DNA of 64,000 nucleotides, from NCBI RefSeq assembly GCF_009914755.1, contig NC_060936.1. The stretch is one strand, 5' to 3'. The first letter of the stretch is position 1. The number at the start of each line of letters is the position of its first letter. This DNA comes from the human T2T-CHM13v2.0 reference genome, Homo sapiens. The notes under the pieces were generated by a model that saw nothing but the letters and a program-made list of their open reading frames with translations, had not been told where the DNA came from and searched no databases. The position numbers were made by a program, and so were the translations under genes. Below are positions 52,085 to 64,000 of this stretch, in pieces.

Positions 52085-53880
52085 TCACCAAATTTATTAA
52101 TTTATTGGGGGAAAAATTGCATGTGTTATTTGTACCAGGGACAGGGCTACGTGCCAGGACAGAGGTGAATGGAGCAGATATCATCCCAGCCCTTATGGAG
52201 CTTACATTCTAACTGGTAGGATCAGATATTAAACCTTCATTACCTTAATGATCGTATACTTACAATTGAGAGAAATGTGATAGAAGAGATGTACATGGAC
52301 AATGAATGTGTTTACGTGAGGGGTTGTGACCTAACCTGGAGATACATGAAAATTGCATTGAGGAAGTAGTGTCTGAGCTGTACCCTAAAACGACTAGATA
52401 TTTTCTGACGGGGGACTGTGGAGTGTGTTCAGGGAAACAGCTTGTGAAAAGGACCTGAACTGTGAAGAAACATGACATGTGAAAGAAATTGGAAAAGGCT
52501 GGGTGGCTGGAATAGAGAATGAGGAGAGAGCAACAAAATTTATTTGGGGATGTAGGCAAGGCTTGGAGCATAAAGGACTTTGAGCCATCTGAGAGAGTTT
52601 GAATATTATCCTAAAAGCAATAGAAAGCCATTAAATGATTTGAAGCAGGAGAATGATATACCATCAGATTTAACTTCAAAAGGATGAAATAAAATAATTC
52701 TGGTTTCTATGAGCAGAATGGAAACAGACTCTAGTAGTTACAATTTTTGTTCATGTAGTTTCCCTTTCCCCCCAGTACTGGTGGACAGAACCCCTCTGCT
52801 GTGGGGAGCCCTTTCCATAGGACTTGGGTGGAATTGACTCTCCCTCATTGCCCAGCACAGGAATGAGGATATAATCCAGTTCTAACCAATCACAGTTCCC
52901 TATTCTCCTGGCCTTAGTGTTTGGTTCAGGATTGGGCACATGACCTGGGTTAGACTAACCAATGCCCTCTCTAATTTTTGCTCAAACTCTCAGGGAAGAG
53001 GTAATCCTTGTTCCTCTGGATTGCTACCTGTAAGGACCGGGTCAGATCAGTAAGGAAAAGATCAACAATTTTTTACATCATTTGCAGAGAGCCATCTGAG
53101 AATAAAACCAACACAGGGGGAAGTATAATTAAGAGTTAAGAGAAAAATAGGCAAGGCTGGGTGGCTCACTCTGTAATCCCAGCACTTTGGGAAGCTGAGG
53201 CAGGCGGATCACTTGAGTCCAGGGGTTTGAGACCAGCGTGGGCGACATGGCAAAACCCCATCTCTACACAAAAATAAAAAAAAATTAGCCAGGTGTAGTG
53301 GTGCATGCCTGTAGTCTCAGCTACTCGGGAGTCTGAGGTGGGAGGATTGTTTGAGCCCAGGAGGCGGAGGTTGCAGTGAGCTGACATTACATCACTGCAC
53401 TCCAGCCTAGAGACCCTGTCTCTAAAATGAAATAAACAGAAAAATTGAGCTCTGAATTAATTAGGCAAATCCATAGATCTAGTCATGACTAGTTCACTTC
53501 TTCTTGGTTATATAAATATATTTCCTTATTTTAAAAACATTAATCTAGTTTGAAAAGAATTTCTGTCATTTGCAACCAAAAGTCCAGATCAGTGCTGGGG
53601 GTAAGAATAGATGCAGGGGGAACAATTTGGTAGGTTATTAGAGAGGCATAGGTGAGAGATGATGGCTTGAACTAGTGTGGTTATGATGGAAATGGAGAGA
53701 AGCCAACACATTTGAAATCTATTTAGGAGATACAAATCGGCAGGCCTGATTAGATTTGCGAGTGAAGAGGAATGAGAGTAATGGTGTCAAAAACATCTGC
53801 TAGTTTTCTGGGTTGCATATCTAAGGATGTCATTCACTGAGACAGAAAACACCCAAGAAAGAGTAGTTTTCGGGGTGGTG
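52085..53880 (-). mobile_element. L2 fragments interrupted by an MLT1-like LTR (~52760-53590) and a + strand Alu (53155-~53440)
   Basis: CCCTTATGGAGCTTACATTCTA, GCAATAGAAAGCCATTAAATGATTTGAAGCAGG L2 motifs. Confidence 0.7.
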
Positions 53881-53891
53881 ATGAAAGGAGA

Positions 53892-54193
53892 TTTTTTTTT
53901 TCTTTTTTTTGAGACGGAGTCTTGCTTTGTCACCCAGGCTGGAGTACAATGGCATGATCTTAGCTCACTGCAACCTCCGCCTCCTGGGTTCAAGCGATTC
54001 TCCCTGCCTCAGCCTCCTGAGTAGCTGGGATTACAGATGCCCACTACCACACCCAGCTAATTTTTGTATTTTTAGTAGAGACGGGGTTTCACCATGTTGG
54101 CCAGGCTGGTCTTGAACTCCTGACCTCAGGTGATCTGCCTGCCTCGGCCTCCCAAAGTGCTCGGATTACAGGGGTGAGCCAACATGCCCGGCT
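53892..54193 (-). mobile_element. Alu (AluSx-like)
   Basis: full dimer; TSD-like TGAAA(A)GGAGAT. Confidence 0.9.
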
Positions 54194-54369
54194 GAAAGGA
54201 GATCTTTAGTTGAGTTGTGACCGTAATGAGTTTGGGATTGGTGAGAGACACATGTCCGTTAATGGCAGTATCATTCTACTAACCACGTAGACTTAAAACC
54301 ATTATATTCTTTAACTTAACCTCTCACTGTCATCCCTGCAAACCCAGAAAAATCTTAAGGTTTATATTT

Positions 54370-58260
<3,891 letters not shown>

Positions 58261-58290
58261 TCCCCAAACTAGTCCTGATTTGTTGAGTGC

Positions 58291-58450
58291 TTTCCTTCCT
58301 TCCTTCTTTCCTTCCTTCCTTCCTTTCTTTCCTTCTTTCTTTCTCTCTTTCTTTCGTTCTTTCTTTCTTTCTTCTCTCCCTCCATTCCCTCCCTCTCTCT
58401 CTCCCTCCCTACCTCCCTTCCTCCTTCCTTCCTTCTTTCCTTGCTTTTTT
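58291..58450. repeat. (TTCC/TTTC)n polypyrimidine simple repeat
   Basis: direct read. Confidence 0.95.
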
Positions 58451-59879
58451 TCGTATGTTTTTACCATGAAAGGATTTGGATTTTGGAAGTGGGAGTAGGC
58501 ATGGGCTATTTGGGGCTCTCTAACAGTCTCTAATACAAACTTTTATTTTAGACAAAACAAACTTTATTTAAACAGTTGATGAATATCTAGGCTGTTTTCA
58601 ATCTTTTCTTATTGCAAATAATGTCACAATATACATTCTTGTACACATGTTTTAGGTATCTGAGAAGGTGGGATGATCATGTACACTTTCTTTTAATAAA
58701 TCTAGAGGGTATAACTAGCACCAGTCCTCTATATCAGGAAAACAGATCATGGCTGAATATATGAAGAAAATTGTAACAATGCAAACTGATTAGGACGAGA
58801 GTAGACTCCTAGATGAGGCAGTGAGCTTTCTCTCACTAAGAATGCTTCAGCAGCGGGTGGGGTGATTCCTTTGTAAAGAATGCTGTGGAAAGTACTCTTG
58901 CACTGATAGGAAGGTAGGCCCAAGAATTTATGATCTTTAGAATTTTACAGAATCATAGTATCTCATTATATTCTTGCAAAATATGTTCTCTTGACAATAA
59001 GAGCAACTCAGAGTCAGGGGCCAAAATATATTAATTCTTCAGTAAGTTAATAAAAAATCCTTTATGATTCTATTCTTTCATCTTAGAGGGCATCTGTCAT
59101 TTGTAATTCAAATAATATAAACTTTTTTCTTCCAAACAACCTATTTATCCCAAAGAGGATTTTTTTCCCCAATCCTTTTGACAGAGATAATAAAAAAAAG
59201 ATTTTTTTTCTCTCCTTCATTCAGGTCCAAGTATTTATTATCATAATCATGAAAGTCTTTAAAAATAATTTGGATTTACAGTGCTGATTTAGATGCTGTT
59301 GAGCAGAGATAATATATCAGACATACCCTGGGGTGACCGTATTTTTAGAATTATTCCTTATTCTCAGCCTTCGAAAATCAGATACTATGGTGGGACTATT
59401 GAGTCATATTTCTACCAAGAGACTCCGCTTGATTAAAGCAGGAATGGTCATCAAACTCAAGGGTAACCAGGCCATTGACTGGGTTGAACAAACTTAGTTC
59501 CCTTCCTCAATAATTTACACCCAAAGGCAGAGAAGTATGGTTAGATGGTGTAGGGAACTGCAAATTCAAGGTCATGTAGAGCTAGGATTAGGGTTGACAC
59601 AAGACAAGACAGAGCCACTTGCAGGTTTCTTTTGTGGGCAAATGTAACTAAATAATTTGGCAAAGGAAGTCAGTCTTCAGAGAGAAAAATGTGGCAGTGG
59701 TAAAGAAAAAAACTGAGATGAGCATCAATGAGAGCCCAGAGAGGGAAACAGAGGAGGAGCTTCAGAGCTTGTTTATCCAGCTCCAAGCCTCATGTGAAAG
59801 CCGAAAGTAATTCCTTCCTATGGATGTATGCATTATTCAGTACACTTGAGACTTACATTTGATTTGGTTTAAAAAAATA

Positions 59880-61260
59880 AACTTTTAATTTTGAAATAAT
59901 TTTAACTTTGCAGAAAAGTGGCGAAAATAGTACAGAGAATTCCTGTATATTTCTCATCCAATTTTTCCATGGTTAACATATTACATTTCCACTGGATGTT
60001 TGTCAAAACTAGGAAACCAACATCATGCCATTACTATTGATACAATTCCAGCCTTTATTTGGGTTTCACCAGTTTTTCCATTAATGTCTTCCTTCTGCTT
60101 CAGGACCACTCCAGACACCATGTCTAGTTGCTATGTCTCCTTAATCTCTTTTAGTCAGTGACAGTCTCTCAGACTTTTCTTGTTTTTCATGACCTTGACA
60201 GTATTTTGTAGAATATCCCCAATCTAGGTTTGTCTGTTCTCTCATGATTAGATGTGGATTATGGGTTTTGGAAAAGAATGCCACAGAAGCAAAGTACCCT
60301 CCTCATTACATTACAGCACGTCAGGGGTACCTGATATCCACATGACATCACTGGTGAGGTTAACCTTCATCACTTGGATTAAATGGTGTTTGCCAGATTT
60401 TTCTAATTCAGTGTTACTATTTTTCTCTTTTCCTGCTCTATTCTTTGTAAGTGAGTCATCAGTTCAATGTATTATTCATAGTTCTCCAGAGAAGCCAAAC
60501 CAATAGGTTTGTAAATATACACAAACCCTATATATATGTGTGTGTGTGTGTGTGTGTATATATGGTGTGTACATATATATGGTGTATGTATATCTGTATA
60601 TATCCATACATATATACGCACACATATAAATATGTGTATATATACACATATATGTATATGTACTTGTGTGTGTGTACTATATATATAGTACACCCATATA
60701 TATCTGTGTAAAAGAGACTTATTTTACGTAATTGGCTCACATAATTATGGTGGCTGACAAGTCCCAATATCTGCAGAGTGAGTCATCAAGCAGGAGATGC
60801 TGGAGAACCCATGGTGTAGTTCCAATCTGAAGGCTGGTAGGCTCAAGACCCAGGAAGAGCCAACATTTTATTTTGAGTCTGAAGGCAGGAAAACACCAAA
60901 GTCCCAGCTCAAAGGCAGTCAGACAGGAGGAGTTCCCTCTTATTCAAGGGAGGGTCAGCCTTTTTGTTCTATTCAGGCCCTCAACTGATTGAATGAGGCC
61001 CACCCACATTAGGGAAAACAATCTGCTTTGCTCAGTCAACTGATTTAATGTTAATATCCTCCAAAAACATTTCACAGAAACACCCAAAATAATGTTTTAG
61101 CAAATATCTGGGCAACCTGTGGCCCAGTCGACACATAAAATTAATCATCACACTCACTGCCAAAGTAGGGGCTGGAGGATTAAGCTCTACCTCTTGAAGA
61201 AGGAAGTATCTCTAGATATTATGTGGAATTCTTCTGTAAGGAAGATTTGTCTCTTTCCCT
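59880..61260 (-). mobile_element. L1MC-type fragment interrupted by an MLT2 LTR (~60468-61151) containing a TA/TG microsatellite (60529-60705)
   Basis: TTTGAAATAATTTTAACTTTGCAGAAAAGT; MLT2 GTTCTCCAGAGAA...GACACATAAAATTAATCATCACA. Confidence 0.8.
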
Positions 61261-61823
61261 CACCAAGTAGGTTTTTATCGCTTGCACCCAATTAAATGTG
61301 CCCTAAAATATAAGGCCTAAATGTGTTCAAAGGATAAATAACCCTGCAGTACGGTTTTTATTTTAAATTTAAGTAGTATATATATTTTCTGTTGAGAGCT
61401 TTTCCTCATATCCTATAAAATTTAATGTCTCTTCTCGTTGACTCTTGGTGAACCAGACTCCCACTCTGCCACTTTGGTTCTCCCCAGCTCATCAGATATT
61501 TACCGAGTGCCTACTATGCACAGGGCTGATACTCAGCCTAAAGACTATGACGTTAAAAGGAAATCCCTGTAGTCAAAGCATTTGCCACCCAGCGGGGCAA
61601 GCAAAGCTGTAGTTAGGAGATGTAATTTACCACTTTCTCTGATCTTAGGCAGGTTAGTTTAAAATCCTTTGAGCCTCAGCTTCCTTATTTGTTGGAAGAA
61701 TATAATGACTGTAATAATAATAATACTCAGTTCAACAGTAATAGTAACTAAATAAAATACTGCTTATGAGGAAAAAGTTAGTTTTTACATTGCCACACAA
61801 ATGCTAGTTGTTGTTCTCAATAA

Positions 61824-62169
<346 letters not shown>

Positions 62170-63162
62170 TAAGTTTCTGGCACAGAATCATGCCAGCAGT
62201 TACGTGGTGGGGCTCAGTTCAGAGCACAGATCTTTCCATTCTCTTATTTCTGCACCACTGCACTGCAAGAATCTTATACACTCCTGTTTATAAGAGCAGC
62301 CTATTAAAAAATATTCTGGGACACATCTAAAAAGCCATAATATAAGAAAAAAATAAAAGCTCTGTTTTGGATTTATCCTGGAAGCTGGGAGAGAACATAT
62401 TTTTTGGACATGTTTGGAAATGTACGATAGTTTTTGATTCTTATCCTTGTGCTCCAGGCTTTCTTTGGGACACTTAAGAGATTATCTTTGGGATTTAGGA
62501 AAGCACCATGTCATTTTATTTTTCAAATCCTCAGAGTGCTAGAAGTTTTGGGTCTTATTTCCTAGTCTGACCTTTCATTGTAGCTATTATTTTTTGATAT
62601 ATAATATTCATAATTCATTTTGTTGAAGAGGAGATTTTATTTAATGTCAATAAATATGTATGAGTGTTGGGAGGAACATACCTGAGCTGTGAGGGCTGGC
62701 GAGAATTATAGAGGACAGTACAGTTAAATAGAATGTGGGGATAATGTCATTGACTGTAAACCTCATGATTGAGAAAAAGATGGGGATCATCTTCTGCTGA
62801 AATTCATCGTGGAAAGATTCTCAAAAGCATATTAGAAACAGATGACAACATTAAAAGGACACAGTTTATTTTATTTGGAAAATAGTATTCCCTTGTGGGA
62901 GATTTGGGATAACAGACTTCAAAATTTTGGCTCTGTTCAAAATTCCCTGACTCATTGGGTGGCTTGAAAAAATGATTTAAATCCACTATCCTGCAAGATA
63001 GAATAATGATAATTTATAACACTGTACTTGGCACTTGGGTGTAATTATATTAATGGCTAGTGAGTATGTATGATTACTATGTGTCAAATCATATGCCAAG
63101 CACTTTACAAGCTGTAACTCTGCATCCTCTGGGAAGCATGTACCATTCTTGCTCTTATTTCA

Positions 63163-63506
<344 letters not shown>

Positions 63507-64000
63507 TCAGTGTATTGTAACAATATATTTGCATATTGGTCTTTTCCTCTGGATCTGAACTGGTGAAAGTAGGGATTGAATCATCATAGCATCTGTCTCC
63601 CATGCTTAGCATAGACTCTGGTTCGTAGCAGCACCAGATCAATAAATCTGATCTAATCTGTACTTTAGAAAATCACCATGCATAGGATGAAAGTATGGAA
63701 AGATGAGGTGAGGAAAGAGCTGAGACTATTTCAATTGTTTAGGCAAAATAAAATATACATTTATATTTGGATAAAAAAGTAAGAAAGGAGAACATGAAAA
63801 GATAAATAATTAGTGATACGAGATTTTAACTAAAAGCAACAAGGTAAGCCATCTCTAATAAGGCTATTAATATTTAGAACTATGTTGATGAGATAAAGAA
63901 CATGTATATTTTATTTTAAAAATATCTTCTAGAATATCATAAGATGTATGTTGTGTTAATTTTTTGTTATTCTTCACACTCAGTTTGATTTCTGTCCTAC

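Overview
Primate (very probably human) genomic DNA, dense in repeats, with no recognisable multi-exon protein-coding gene. Nearly all ORF-track hits are Alu, LTR, L1 or simple-repeat artefacts. The main unique feature is a CpG island (~23.7-25.3 kb) with a compact promoter that reads best on the minus strand: a histone-H2B-like extended octamer, CCAAT, ETS, a CRE-like site and two TATA-like boxes, but no downstream ORF. It is bracketed by two same-orientation LTR12C solo LTRs that have different TSDs but share an 11-bp duplication. Three minus-strand RNA retrocopies that the ORF track misses are present: BC200/BCYRN1 (13809-13956), an RNU4-2-like U4 snRNA (42827-42971), and RPL39 with an intact 51-aa ORF (47832-47987). 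The window also holds a full THE1 provirus, a MER4A1 LTR, old L1/L2/MIR/DNA-transposon fragments, ~40 Alu/FLAM copies, and an old ~300-bp inverted duplication that preserves the empty site of two later insertions. From unverified recall the locus may be 12p12.1 between KRAS and LMNTD1. I see no evidence of a wholly new biological system; the best leads are regulatory and retrocopy-related. Repeat subfamily names come from recalled consensus sequences, and old-repeat boundaries are approximate.
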